From contig CBDBMJ010000001.1 in NCBI GenBank assembly GCA_965207455.1, positions 384,001 to 448,000 of the forward strand: a stretch of 64,000 bases of DNA, in the 5' to 3' direction. Positions 19,508-30,500 of this stretch are shown in pieces. This stretch comes from Bdellovibrionota bacterium (GTDB taxonomy: Bacteria > Bdellovibrionota > UBA1018 > CAIPTA01 > JAALKR01). The position numbers and the translations under genes are program-made. The notes under the pieces are model-generated. The model ran no database searches, was not told where the DNA came from, and worked only from the letters and a program-made list of their open reading frames with translations. Each line of letters begins with the position of its first letter. The first letter of the stretch is position 1.

Positions 19508-20987
19508 CGAAGAAGAAAAAGATCGACGAAAAAAACTTCTTGACCTTAGAAAGGCAGGGGTTAATCCCTACTCCAATGGACTCACTCCCTCCCATGCCAT
19601 AAAAGATGTGGTTGGTCGTTGGGGTTTAAGTTCTGGAGATGAGTTAGGGGAAGATAGGGTTTCCATTGCAGGTAGAATTATGGCTTTTCGTTATTTCGGA
19701 AAGGCTTCTTTTATTGAGGTTAAAGATGGTTCGGGTAGTTTGCAGGCGTATGTGACTGGAGACAATATTCCTAAGGAGAGTTTTGAGCATTTTAAAACTT
19801 TCGACGTGGGAGATTTTGTTTTTCTTGAAGGGGAGTTATTTCGAACCAAAAAAAATGTTCTTTCTGTGCGAGCCAGAGAGTTGACTCTTTTAACAAAAAG
19901 TCTTCGTCCATTGCCAGAAAAGTTCCATGGTCTGGTGAATATGGATCAGAAATACCGGATGCGCTATGTGGATTTATTGGTGAACAAGGGTGTGCGTGAG
20001 GTATTTGAAAAGCGCTCGAAGATTTTACACTACCTACGAACGTTTTTCCAAGAACGGGATTTTCTTGAGGTGGAAACCCCCATGATGCATCCCATAGCAG
20101 GGGGAGCAGCAGCTCGACCTTTTCAAACACACCACAATACATTGGGCATGGATTTGTTTCTTCGAATTGCCCCGGAACTATATTTAAAGCGTTTAGTGGT
20201 TGGGGGTATAGAAAGGGTTTTTGAAATCAATAGGAATTTTCGTAATGAGGGAATGTCCATTCAGCACAATCCGGAGTTTACAATGTTGGAGTTTTACCAA
20301 GCCTACGCCACTTACGAGGATTTAATGGTGATCACGGAAAAACTTTTTATAGAGCTTGCTTTTGCTGTACGAGGGAGTTTGAAATTTATGTACCAGGATA
20401 CGGAGTTGGATTTTTCCACGCCTTGGCAGAAGTTTTCCATGCTGGAATCTGTGCAAAAGTTTAGTGGGCTTCCCAAGGAACTGGTGACGAAAAAAGCACT
20501 CAGTACAGTGGGGGGGCTTTGTAAGGCACTGGAGCATGCAGGAGTAAAGGGAGTGGATAGGAATAAAAAAGCTGGTGTGTTGTTGGAATTATTATTTGGA
20601 GAATGTGTGGAGGGTAAATTAATCCAACCCACGTTTATTACAGAGTATCCCAAAGAGATTAGTTTTCTTTCTCGTTCTAACGAGAAGAATCCAGATATAG
20701 TCGATAGGTTTGAGTTATTTATTTATGGAAGAGAAATTGCCAATGGTTTTAGTGAATTAAACGATCCCATTGACCAACGGGAGCGCCTAGAGGCACAGGC
20801 TAAGGAAAAGGCTCAGGGAAATAAGGAGGCCTGCGATTTGGATGAAGATTTTCTTCGAGCTTTAGAGTATGGCATGCCCCCAACTGCAGGAGAGGGAATA
20901 GGCATTGATCGCTTAACAATGCTCCTTACTGATCAGTCGTCTATTCGTGACGTGATTCTTTTTCCCCAAATGCGTCCTGAATCGTAG
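19494..20987 (+). CDS. lysS: Lysine--tRNA ligase (class II)
   Basis: LPEKFHGL, YRMRYVDL, GGAAARPF, RIAPELYLKR, FRNEG, HNPEF, GMPPTAGEGIGIDR. Confidence 0.97.
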   Translation: MREYSEEEKDRRKKLLDLRKAGVNPYSNGLTPSHAIKDVVGRWGLSSGDELGEDRVSIAGRIMAFRYFGKASFIEVKDGSGSLQAYVTGDNIPKESFEHFKTFDVGDFVFLEGELFRTKKNVLSVRARELTLLTKSLRPLPEKFHGLVNMDQKYRMRYVDLLVNKGVREVFEKRSKILHYLRTFFQERDFLEVETPMMHPIAGGAAARPFQTHHNTLGMDLFLRIAPELYLKRLVVGGIERVFEINRNFRNEGMSIQHNPEFTMLEFYQAYATYEDLMVITEKLFIELAFAVRGSLKFMYQDTELDFSTPWQKFSMLESVQKFSGLPKELVTKKALSTVGGLCKALEHAGVKGVDRNKKAGVLLELLFGECVEGKLIQPTFITEYPKEISFLSRSNEKNPDIVDRFELFIYGREIANGFSELNDPIDQRERLEAQAKEKAQGNKEACDLDEDFLRALEYGMPPTAGEGIGIDRLTMLLTDQSSIRDVILFPQMRPES

Positions 20988-20988
20988 A

Positions 20989-22245
20989 ATGGGATTTATT
21001 AGTCTATTGGCTTGTCGTTTTTTGACGGGGGGAAAGGGGTTTCTTTCCTTTATTTCCGCTTTTTCTTTATTTGGTGTGGCCCTAGGGGTAGCTGCAATGG
21101 TGGTTGTGATGGCTGTCCTCGACGGCTTTCAAGAAAAGCTCCATGAATTAATCACCAGCAACCATTCCCATATCCTACTCTATTCCTTGACGAAGAATAT
21201 TCAGGACAGCAAAGCCATAGAAAAAAAATTAAAAGATCTATTTCCAGAGGAGATAGAGGCCAGCAGTTCTTTTATATTTAGTGAGGTGATGCTTATCCAT
21301 AAGGGACGGGTCTTGGGTTCTCTTTTAGAGGGAATTGATCGGGAGAGTTCCGTGCGCACAACTGATATTTTAAAAAAAATAAACAACAAGAAGCAGGGAG
21401 GACTCTTTAGATCGCAGACAAGCCAATCGACTACACAGTCAACCGGTAACTCCAAACTTCCCCCTATTGTACTTGGATCCGTACTTTTGGAACAACTGGG
21501 AGCCTCTCCCGGCGACACCATATCCGTCATGGCACCTTTTTTAAAAAAATGGGGAATTGTGCCCCGGTCTCAGCGTTTTTATGTTGCGGGTGTATTGTCC
21601 ACGGGCATGTATGAATACGATTCTAAATACAGTTTAATGGAGAAAAAAAATAGTATAGAATTTTTAGGCCTTCCCCCCAACAGTGCCAGTGCTTTGCGAA
21701 TTAAAACCAAAGACCCTAAGACTTCCCATGAGTTGAGTAAGAAAATTAAACAAGTCATGGGATATTCCTATAGCGTTCGGGATTGGACACAACTCAATCA
21801 AAATCTTTTGTATGCTATTAAGCTTCAAAAAATAATTATTTTTATTGTTTTAGTTTCTATTATTCTAGTGGCTGCTTTTAATATTATGAGTACATTGGTG
21901 ATTATGACCGATGAGAAAAAACGAGAGATGGCTATTTTAAGTGCCATTGGTCTTTTACCCCGGCACGCGACCTATATTTTTATGATTATCGGAGGAATTA
22001 TTGCTCTATCGGGTTCTGCGGCAGGGGTGGCCCTTGGTTTAGGAATTGCACAATTTTTAGCAAAGACGAGTTTTATTACATTGCCGCCAGACATATACTT
22101 TATCTCCTATTTGCCTGTAAACATCCATCCTGCTACAGTGGGACTAGTAGTGGGTATTGCCATAGTTACAGCATTGCTGGCAACTATTTACCCATCTATA
22201 CGAGTAGCAAGAAAGTCTCCTATTGAGGTTTTACGATATGAATGA
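20989..22245 (+). CDS. lolE: Lipoprotein-releasing ABC transporter permease (LolC/E family)
   Basis: GVALGVAAMVVVMAVLDGF, GMYEYD, VAAFNI.STL, IYF..YLP, P.EVLRYE. Confidence 0.9.
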   Translation: MGFISLLACRFLTGGKGFLSFISAFSLFGVALGVAAMVVVMAVLDGFQEKLHELITSNHSHILLYSLTKNIQDSKAIEKKLKDLFPEEIEASSSFIFSEVMLIHKGRVLGSLLEGIDRESSVRTTDILKKINNKKQGGLFRSQTSQSTTQSTGNSKLPPIVLGSVLLEQLGASPGDTISVMAPFLKKWGIVPRSQRFYVAGVLSTGMYEYDSKYSLMEKKNSIEFLGLPPNSASALRIKTKDPKTSHELSKKIKQVMGYSYSVRDWTQLNQNLLYAIKLQKIIIFIVLVSIILVAAFNIMSTLVIMTDEKKREMAILSAIGLLPRHATYIFMIIGGIIALSGSAAGVALGLGIAQFLAKTSFITLPPDIYFISYLPVNIHPATVGLVVGIAIVTALLATIYPSIRVARKSPIEVLRYE

Positions 22246-22921
22246 ACAGCATGTGGTTTTACAGTGTAAGCAATTGATGAAGAACTTTTTTAAAGAGGAT
22301 CAATGCACAGAGGTGCTTCGGGGAATTGATCTTTCTTTACTTCGAGGGGAAAGTACCGCAATACAGGGAGTATCGGGGGTGGGTAAGTCCACCTTGCTCC
22401 ATATTTTTGGTACGTTGGAAAAACCAAGTTCGGGAAAACTTTTATTTGAGGGTCAAGACACCGAGACGTTTTCTAGCGCCCAACTGGCAGAATTTCGGAA
22501 TAAAAATCTGGGTTTTATTTTTCAATTTCATTACCTTATGCAGGAGTTTAGTGCTTTAGAAAATATTATTATGCCAGCGTTGATTGCTGGTGAGCCCAAG
22601 GAAAAATATATGGATAGGGCTCAACGTCTTCTTAGGGATGTGGATCTGTGGAATCGTCGTAGTCACAGGCCGGGAGAGCTATCAGGTGGAGAGCAGCAAC
22701 GAATAGCTGTGGCAAGAGCCCTTATACAAAATCCCAAGCTTGTGTTAGGAGATGAGCCCACGGGGAATTTAGATTCGGAAAATGCTCAGCGGGTAACGAA
22801 GCTTCTCCTAGAACTTTGCAACTCAAGGGGTTCCACTCTTGTGGTTGTGACCCATGATGAAAGTCTAGCCAAGAAGTTTTCCCGTCAGATTCTTATGCGT
22901 GACGGTCGGGTGGTTACATAA
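22238..22921 (+). CDS. lolD: Lipoprotein-releasing ABC transporter ATP-binding protein
   Basis: GVSGVGKST, GFIFQFHYL, LSGGEQQR, DEPTGNLD; overlaps lolE stop. Confidence 0.93.
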   Translation: MNEQHVVLQCKQLMKNFFKEDQCTEVLRGIDLSLLRGESTAIQGVSGVGKSTLLHIFGTLEKPSSGKLLFEGQDTETFSSAQLAEFRNKNLGFIFQFHYLMQEFSALENIIMPALIAGEPKEKYMDRAQRLLRDVDLWNRRSHRPGELSGGEQQRIAVARALIQNPKLVLGDEPTGNLDSENAQRVTKLLLELCNSRGSTLVVVTHDESLAKKFSRQILMRDGRVVT

Positions 22922-22940
22922 TTATTTACTACGGAGTGTT

Positions 22941-23702
22941 CTAACGACTCTCTTTAGTCTTAGTTGAGTCAGTTGATTTAGTTGAGGTTGTTGCATTTAA
23001 CTTTGGAGTTATTTTCACTCTGTCACCTTGAACGTCGGGAGAGGAGGGGTTTGCCACGGAAGGGTCGCAGGGAAATAGTGTTTGCATAATTTTTTCAGGA
23101 TGGTAAGGTCCATTAAAATTTTCATCTACTTCGTCTCCTCCTAACTCACAGTGGACTAAACTAAGAATTTCTGCTGATAGTCTTTTGCTATAGTTAAAAC
23201 TAGCGAAACTTTCACCATCGTCGGCGCTCTTTATTCTATCTAAAATGCTCGAGTCTTTTAGATTTTTTGAGCCTTCCAGAAGTTTTAAAACATCCTCTTT
23301 TTTCAAAAAGTTAGCACTGCTCATAGTCATCACATTCCATTGGGTAGAGATTTTGCCTGCAGAAACCACAGTCATCGTACTTCCACTAGCGTAGTTTTTG
23401 GCAATAACCTCAACATTATCCGTGCCTTCTGGAAATACGAGCTTTATTTCTAACGCAACGTCTTCTTCTGGGCAGGGATCCTGCCTTCCCATGCTTGTGT
23501 CTTCTTTGGCTGTTTTCTCGCCTGTGAGCTGGTGTATGATTTCGTTGATCTGAAAGAGCATATTACTTGTAAACTTGTCGCATTTGCTTAGTTTTGGAGG
23601 TTCTGCCTGATCGGAAGATTCTGGATGACCTTTACTGTAGGCAGTCAATGGCAGAAAAATGATAGTACTCAAAAGGGTGAGCGCTTTGATATATCTTCTC
23701 AT
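22941..23702 (-). CDS. Hypothetical secreted protein
   Basis: 253-aa ORF with signal peptide (..LPLTAYS) and 4 Cys; no family recognised. Confidence 0.6.
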   Translation of the reverse strand: MRRYIKALTLLSTIIFLPLTAYSKGHPESSDQAEPPKLSKCDKFTSNMLFQINEIIHQLTGEKTAKEDTSMGRQDPCPEEDVALEIKLVFPEGTDNVEVIAKNYASGSTMTVVSAGKISTQWNVMTMSSANFLKKEDVLKLLEGSKNLKDSSILDRIKSADDGESFASFNYSKRLSAEILSLVHCELGGDEVDENFNGPYHPEKIMQTLFPCDPSVANPSSPDVQGDRVKITPKLNATTSTKSTDSTKTKESR

Positions 23703-23889
23703 GTCTAACTTATATTATAGGGCAAGCAGTATGTATTTCCTAGAGGTTCCGCAGATAGGCGCTATGCAGTGTTTCCGTATTTTTTCTTGAGCTGGATAAT
23801 TATCACCCCATAAACACGCAAATAGTTGAGTAGAGCACCATATTTAGAGTATAGTGCGTGCATAGGTTGGGATTGGTCGTTTTTTAAAT

Positions 23890-26184
23890 ATGATGAAGAA
23901 AAATCAACACGACAGATGGAAATACAGTGTACTTTATGTTTCCCTATGCCTTTGCTTTATGGTTATGGCAAGTTTCGCTCAGGGAGCGGAACGGGTAAAG
24001 AGAATTGAGATTCGTGGAAATCGTAAAATTGAAAAGCAAGCTATTCTCCAGAAAATTAAAAGTGCTAGGGGTAAGCGCCTTTCCAGACGAACAGTGGAAG
24101 GAGATATTCGCCGACTCCATAAACTAGGCTTTTTTCATTCCATAAGAGTGGATTTTAAAAAAGGGAGATTGGTATATTTCGTCCGTGAACGTCCTTCCAT
24201 TAAAAGCATTTCCTTTAATGGAAACGAAGAAATCAATACAGAGGATTTACGGGAACTACTCAACATAGCCACGTATGGTATTTATGATGAAAATCTTGTG
24301 CGCGAGTCTGTGAAAAAAATAAAGGATTATTATGAAGATAAAGGTTTCTATCTAGCAAAAATAACTCACCGGACAAAGTATAATAAAAAAAATGATACCG
24401 TCAATCTTATTTTTACGGTCAAAGAAAATCATAAGGTAAAAGTTAAAAAGATAACTTTTCTGGGAAACAAAGCATTTACGGATGTACAGTTAAAGAGAGT
24501 ATTGCGAAATACAGGGGAAGAATCTTTTTTCTCTTGGCTCACGGGTAGTGGAAGTTTCAAGGGCACAGGTTTTCGCCAAGACATGGAGTTGCTGCAAATT
24601 TGGTATTTAAATGAGGGCTATGTACGCTTTAGCTACGACCCTCCCATTATAACGGTGAGTGAAGATAAAAAATGGGTCTACATAACAGTTAAACTTACAG
24701 AAGGTAAGCAATATAGGGTAGGTGAGGTTGATTTTTCAGGAGATCTTCTCTTTCCTGAGAAAGAGATGAGTTCCATGATTAGTATGAATGCGGGCACAGT
24801 TTTTTCCATCATTAAACGTAACCAAGATGCCTTAGCAATAACAGAAAAATACCAGGATTTGGGTTATGCCAACACCAACGTTATTCCTCGTATGGAAGTG
24901 GACGATGAAACTCTTACCATAAATATTATCTATGAGTTCCAAAAGGGCAGCCTCGTGTACTTTGGGAGAATTTCAGTCAAGGGGAATGTGAAGACTTGGG
25001 ATGAGGTTATTAGGCGAGAGTTGAGAATTAAAGAGGGAGAACTCTATAGTGGTACAAAGGTGAGAGAGTCTAAGGAAAATATCATTCGATTAGGATTTTT
25101 TGTTCCAGAAAAGGTTCGAGTTGTTACGAACTCTCCCCATGGTCAACCGGACATAGTAGACGTGGAAGTGCATGTGGAGGAGCGTCCCACGGGGCAATTT
25201 CAATTAGGAGCTGGTTATGGTACAGCCTCTAAATTTTTCTTTACCACAGAAGTGGCAGAAACAAATTTTAGGGGCTTGGGTCAGGATCTTCGTCTAAAAG
25301 CACAACTTTCTTCAGACAAGCGTTCCCGAAGCTTCACCTTTGGATTAACGGACCCTTACGCCTTTGATACAAACTGGAGCGTTGGAGGTGATATATTCTA
25401 CACATCCTCTGTCTTTCCCAGTCGCTACATAAAAAAACGCATAGGAGTGAGCCTAAATGTGGGTTATCCTATTTTCGATTATACCCGACTGTTTTTAGGG
25501 CATCGATTGGAGAAGATATCCTTAGACGAGATAGAGGATTCTTTTGTGGAAAAGAATAAGGATAGGGAGGAGGGCTTGCTTTCTGCTCTTACGGCCACAG
25601 CAGTGCTGGATAAAAGAAATAATCGTTGGGAACCCAGCTCTGGGCATTACCTGAAAATTAAAAATGAGTTTGCTGGATTGGGTGGAAACCGACACTACTT
25701 GAAACTTGTTCTCGATGCTCGATACTATAAGAAAATTTTAGGAGATTTGGTGTTGAGAACGAAATTTGAAGTGGGCACTTTAATTGCCACAAAAGAAAAT
25801 GGAATACCATCCACAGAGCGCTTTTATCTGGGAGGTCCCAGTAGTTTAAAGGGATACGAGGCATTTACCATTGGTCCTAGTCGTACAGCAGAAGATGGAG
25901 CAACTTTCAACGAAGGTGCTTTGAATAAGATGTTCTATATTCTTGAGTTTGAATACCCACTGGTAAAGGATTTGGGCTTAAAACTACTTGCCTTCTACGA
26001 TGCTGGAGATGCCTATGGCAACGATAGCGGAACACATAGCTTTTCTTTGAAGCAAGACTATGGCTGGGGACTTCGCTGGTTTTCTCCACTAGGACCCCTA
26101 AGATTTGAATGGGGCTATCCCATTAACTCAAAATCAGGCAATAATGATCCTGTTTTTCATTTTATGATTGGACCACCATTCTAA
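23890..26184 (+). CDS. bamA: Outer membrane protein assembly factor BamA
   Basis: POTRA repeats (I.GN.KI, GNVKTWDEVIRRE), RFYLGG..SLKGY, WFSPLGPLRFEWG, terminal FMIGPPF. Confidence 0.96.
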   Translation: MMKKNQHDRWKYSVLYVSLCLCFMVMASFAQGAERVKRIEIRGNRKIEKQAILQKIKSARGKRLSRRTVEGDIRRLHKLGFFHSIRVDFKKGRLVYFVRERPSIKSISFNGNEEINTEDLRELLNIATYGIYDENLVRESVKKIKDYYEDKGFYLAKITHRTKYNKKNDTVNLIFTVKENHKVKVKKITFLGNKAFTDVQLKRVLRNTGEESFFSWLTGSGSFKGTGFRQDMELLQIWYLNEGYVRFSYDPPIITVSEDKKWVYITVKLTEGKQYRVGEVDFSGDLLFPEKEMSSMISMNAGTVFSIIKRNQDALAITEKYQDLGYANTNVIPRMEVDDETLTINIIYEFQKGSLVYFGRISVKGNVKTWDEVIRRELRIKEGELYSGTKVRESKENIIRLGFFVPEKVRVVTNSPHGQPDIVDVEVHVEERPTGQFQLGAGYGTASKFFFTTEVAETNFRGLGQDLRLKAQLSSDKRSRSFTFGLTDPYAFDTNWSVGGDIFYTSSVFPSRYIKKRIGVSLNVGYPIFDYTRLFLGHRLEKISLDEIEDSFVEKNKDREEGLLSALTATAVLDKRNNRWEPSSGHYLKIKNEFAGLGGNRHYLKLVLDARYYKKILGDLVLRTKFEVGTLIATKENGIPSTERFYLGGPSSLKGYEAFTIGPSRTAEDGATFNEGALNKMFYILEFEYPLVKDLGLKLLAFYDAGDAYGNDSGTHSFSLKQDYGWGLRWFSPLGPLRFEWGYPINSKSGNNDPVFHFMIGPPF

Positions 26185-26221
26185 ATTTATGTAATATTTA
26201 AGAATAAAAGGAAAAGAGAAG

Positions 26222-26297
26222 GGGCCCTTAGCTCAGCTGGTAGAGCGCCTGATTTGCATTCAGGAGGTCAGGAGTTCGACTCTCCTAGGGTCCACCA
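26222..26297 (+). tRNA. tRNA-Ala (TGC)
   Basis: 76 nt; acceptor GGGCCCT/AGGGTCC with G3:U70; anticodon arm CCTGA-TTTGCAT-TCAGG; T arm AGGAG-TTCGACT-CTCCT; encoded CCA. Confidence 0.97.
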
Positions 26298-26525
26298 TCG
26301 TAAGTAGCTGAAATTATTGAGTTTTATTTTTTTTATCTTCATTTTTACGGTGATTTCACTGCAATTAATTGGGCTTTTCAGCCTTGGCTTTAAAAAACTT
26401 ATGCCACCTCTAAGTCTAACTCTATTTTAGAATATTCAAGAATAGGTATTTTCACAGCAGATCAGGAGACCGCAGTGGACCAGGAAAATAAAATAGCGCC
26501 TGTGAGCTTTCTTCTTCTCTCATAT

Positions 26526-26571
26526 AAAACAATAGTGAGAACTAATCTTGTGTAGGTTTCACTATTGTTTT
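26526..26571. terminator. Hairpin terminator downstream of 26589..26882, possibly bidirectional
   Basis: AAAACAATAGTGA ... TCACTATTGTTTT 13-bp inverted repeat. Confidence 0.6.
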
Positions 26572-26588
26572 AGATCATTTATGTTTTA

Positions 26589-26882
26589 TTACTTTGATAG
26601 GCATGCTCTTTGTAATTGAGAGTAATAGTGAAGTGTTTCCCCTTCAAACGAAATACCACCAGGAACATAACAGCTTTCAGTAACGCTAGGATCAGAACCT
26701 ACTTGCTTACAATACCTACTCAATGCAGGAGTGTATGTGTATAGATCACACGTTATTTCACAATCGAAATCGCATTTGGGGAAGTTACACTCAGTATGGG
26801 TATAAGCCTCGGCAGTTGTTGATAAAAAGCCGGCAGCTAGACAAAGGACTAGAGCGGTGTATTGTTTTTTTATTTTTTTCAT
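26589..26882 (-). CDS. Small secreted Cys-rich protein, paralog of 35801 and 36732 proteins
   Basis: Signal MKK..KQYT...STTAEA and module C...C...CDLYT.T..L..YC..VGSDP..T..CY...LQRACLS shared with those ORFs; GGAGA RBS. Confidence 0.8.
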   Translation of the reverse strand: MKKIKKQYTALVLCLAAGFLSTTAEAYTHTECNFPKCDFDCEITCDLYTYTPALSRYCKQVGSDPSVTESCYVPGGISFEGETLHYYSQLQRACLSK

Positions 26883-27574
26883 TTTTTGTTCTCCCTTTTT
26901 AATTTTATTTCTATATTAAGCGTTATTGCTTTTGATTTCCCTTTTAGAATAAAACAAACAAATCAACATATCAATAGTTTTACCCTTACATAGCCTTACA
27001 TAGTTTTGTCCTTGCATAGTTTTTTAATAATTTCATTAACGTGTTTTGTAATTTTATTTGACGCAAAAAACTTTCAAATCTCCAATTATTTAAGTTAGAA
27101 AAAAAAAATCATAACTTGTTAAAATTAAATAAACCTGCTCTTTGCGCAAAACAAAACCTAGCTATTGCTGCGCACTCCTTGCTGCAATTACTAATCACTC
27201 CACGTCAACCATGGGAGGAAGATCAATTGTTTTTCTTTGATGCATAAAAAAATACTGACATGCAAAAAATATTCAGTTACTAAACCCTTTATAAAAAAGA
27301 CGCGCAGTGTGTCCCATAAAAATCTTTTTATCTTTTCTTTAACATCTTTTCTTAATTTACGGATTCCAACATGGTTTTCATTTAGTCGGTAGATTCTTTT
27401 GTAAGAGGTGCTTATTTTTTCATTGAACAAATAACTGTTTAATCCAGATTACCTTTTAAATTAGTAAATAAATTCAAGAGTCCAAAAAAGTTTAAAAATA
27501 TATTTAAAGTTTTCCAAAAATTTGTCGTTATGTAATTTTTACGAATCTGAATTAAATTAGGGGGATTTTTAGTT

Positions 27575-30500
27575 ATGAGAAATTTACTTATGAAAATGAT
27601 TGTGAGCCATTATAAACTAATTTTACAGCGTAGGAGGGATGCTCGGCGGATAGAGTATAAAAAAATAAATTTCCGCTTAGTGCCGTTTATACTTTTTATT
27701 TTCATCACGGGTTGTAGCAATGCCTTGAATTCTATTTTCTCCGCTAGTTTTTCCTTTACAATAGAGGAAGGTTATTCTGAGAACGGTATATACTATTCCA
27801 GAAATCCGTCACCAGTTTTTAAATTTTCCAATGTGAAGGCTGGAGCGTTAGTTACTCTGCACGAAGATGCAGAATGTGCTGGAGTGATAATCAGTGAAGA
27901 TGCAGTACCAACAGTGGATCAAGTGGACATACAACTAAAAGAAAGTATTGTATCCGATGGCAGCGAAACTTATTACGCAAAACACGCCTTGGGAGAAAAT
28001 ATTTTTAATTGTATAGAAATAAACTATGTATTGGATAGGATGGCAGCTAGACCCACTCTTGCTCTAGGTAATGAACTTAGCAGCCCTTCCACAGAACCCA
28101 ATCTCAGTTTTCTTGTCTCTGATCTAGAAATTGGATCTGAGGTGAGCTTGCATACAGATAGTAACTGCATAGATGAAAAAGTGACATCAAGCATAGCCAC
28201 AGGTACCACACTAACAATAGCAACTGCTCTAAACAGCGATGGAACATATAACTACTATGCCAAGCAGGTAGACAGAATTGGCAATATTTCTAATTGCTCC
28301 AGTGTGGTAGAGTATGTGCTAGATAGGGAGAATCCTTCTGAACCATCCATAGGTCTAGCTCAAGGAACTACAAGTCCTTCTAGTAATGTAAATCCTAATT
28401 TTCTTGTTTCAGGTGTGGAAGATGGGGCAACTGTAAGCTTGCATATGGATGATGCTTGCAGTGATAGCTCAAGTGCCATCGGAACTGCTTCCAGTAACTC
28501 TATTACACTAGAGTCGATTATAACAAATGGGAACGATACCTATAACTATTATGCCAAACAAGTAGATGGGGCTGGCAATGCTTCTAGCTGCTCTAACTTG
28601 AGTGCGGAATATATACTAGATGACTCTCTTTTCGGTATTCCTGTTGTGGGATTAGCCGGTACTGGTACAAGCCCTTCTCAGAATACCAATCCTAGTTTCC
28701 TTATTACTAATATAGAAGATGGAGCTACTGTAACCCTACACACGGATAGTGCTTGCAGTGATGCAAGTCAAACAGCATCAGGTACATCTTCTGGTGATTT
28801 CATCACACTCTCACTTGCAACCAGTTTAACGGATGATGAAACCTATACCTATTATGCAAAACAAATAAAGCCACCCAACTCCGCATGTTCTAGTACAGGT
28901 CTAACATATGTATTGGATAGAGTGGCACCAACTGTGCCTAGCCTAGTTCTAGGCAGTCCTTCTAGGAATTTGGATCCTAGTTTTGTGGTTTCAGGTGTAG
29001 AGAATGAAGCAACTGTAGGCCTATATACAGATAGCAGTTGTACAGAGGCAAACAAAGTAGCATCAGGTACAGCTACAGCTAGCTCCATTACACTATCACT
29101 TGCAACCAGTTTAACGGATGATAAAACCTATATCTATTATGTAAAACAAGTGGATAGGGCTAGCAATTCCTCTAACTGCTCTAATGCAGTGGAATATGAA
29201 CTAGACACAAATGCCCTGGCACCAACAATAGCATTGCCTTCAGGACTTACAAGCCCTTCAACTGATACAACACCAAGTTTTTCTGTCTCTGGTCTAGAAA
29301 TTGGGGGAGTGGTAAGTTTATACACAGATAGTACTTGCACAGACTCAAATAAAATAGCCTCAAAGACAGTCGCTAGTAGTTCTATTTCAATAGAAGTTAC
29401 TATCAGTAGTGATGGAATATACAACTATTATGCAAAACAGGTGGATAGTTTGGGAAATGCTTCCTTTTGTTCCAGTGCACTGGAATATGAACTGGACATA
29501 ACAGCTCTTACACCAACAATAGCATTGCCTTCAGGAGGTACAAGCCCTTCAACTGATACAACACCAAGTTTTTCTGTCTCTGGTCTAGAAATTGGAGCAG
29601 TGGTAAGTTTATACACAGATAGTACTTGCACAGACTCAAATCAAATAGCATCAAAGACAGTCGCTAGTAGTTCTATTTCAATAGAAATTACTGTTGGTAG
29701 TGATGGAATATACAACTATTATGCAAAACAGGTGGATAGTTTGGGAAATGTTTCTTCTTGCTCCAGTGTACTGGAATATGAACTGGACACAACGGTTCTT
29801 ACACCAACAATAGCATTGCCTTCAGGAGGTACAAGTCCTTCAACGGATACAACACCAAGTTTTTCTGTCTCTGGTCTAGAAATTGGATCAGTGGTAAGTT
29901 TATACACAGATAGTACTTGCACAGACTCAAATAAAATATCGTCAGAGACAGTCGTTAGTAGTTCTATTTCAATAGAAATTACTATCAGTAGTGATGGAAC
30001 ATATAACTATTATGCAAAACAGGTGGATAGTTTGGGAAATGCTTCCTCTTGCTCCAGTCCACTGGAATATGAACTGGACACAACGGCTCTTACACCAATA
30101 ATAGCATTGCCTTCAGGAGGTACAAGTCCTTCAACGGATACAACACCAAGTTTTTCTGTCTCTGGTCTAGAAATTGGGGGAGTGGTAAGTTTATACACAG
30201 ATAGTACTTGCACAGACTCAAATAAAATATCGTCAGAGACAGTCGTTAGTAGTTCTATTTCAATAGAAGTTACTATCAGTAGTGATGGAACATATAGCTA
30301 TTATGCAAAACAGGTGGATAGTTTGGGAAATGCTTCCTCTTGCTCCAGTGTGCTGGAATATGAACTGGACACAACGGCTCTTACACCAACAATAGCATTG
30401 CCTTCAGGACTTACAAGTCCTTCAACGGATACAACACCAAGTTTTTCTGTCTCTGGTCTAGAAATTGGGGGAGTGGTAAGTTTACACACAGATAGTACTT

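Noticed and set aside
27191..27430. 79-aa minus-strand ORF in the AT-rich spacer
   Set aside because: TTG start, no RBS or motif; probably non-coding.
26890..27570. Riboswitch or ncRNA in the long AT-rich intergenic region
   Set aside because: No known motif or strong stem recognised by eye; an Infernal/Rfam scan would be needed.
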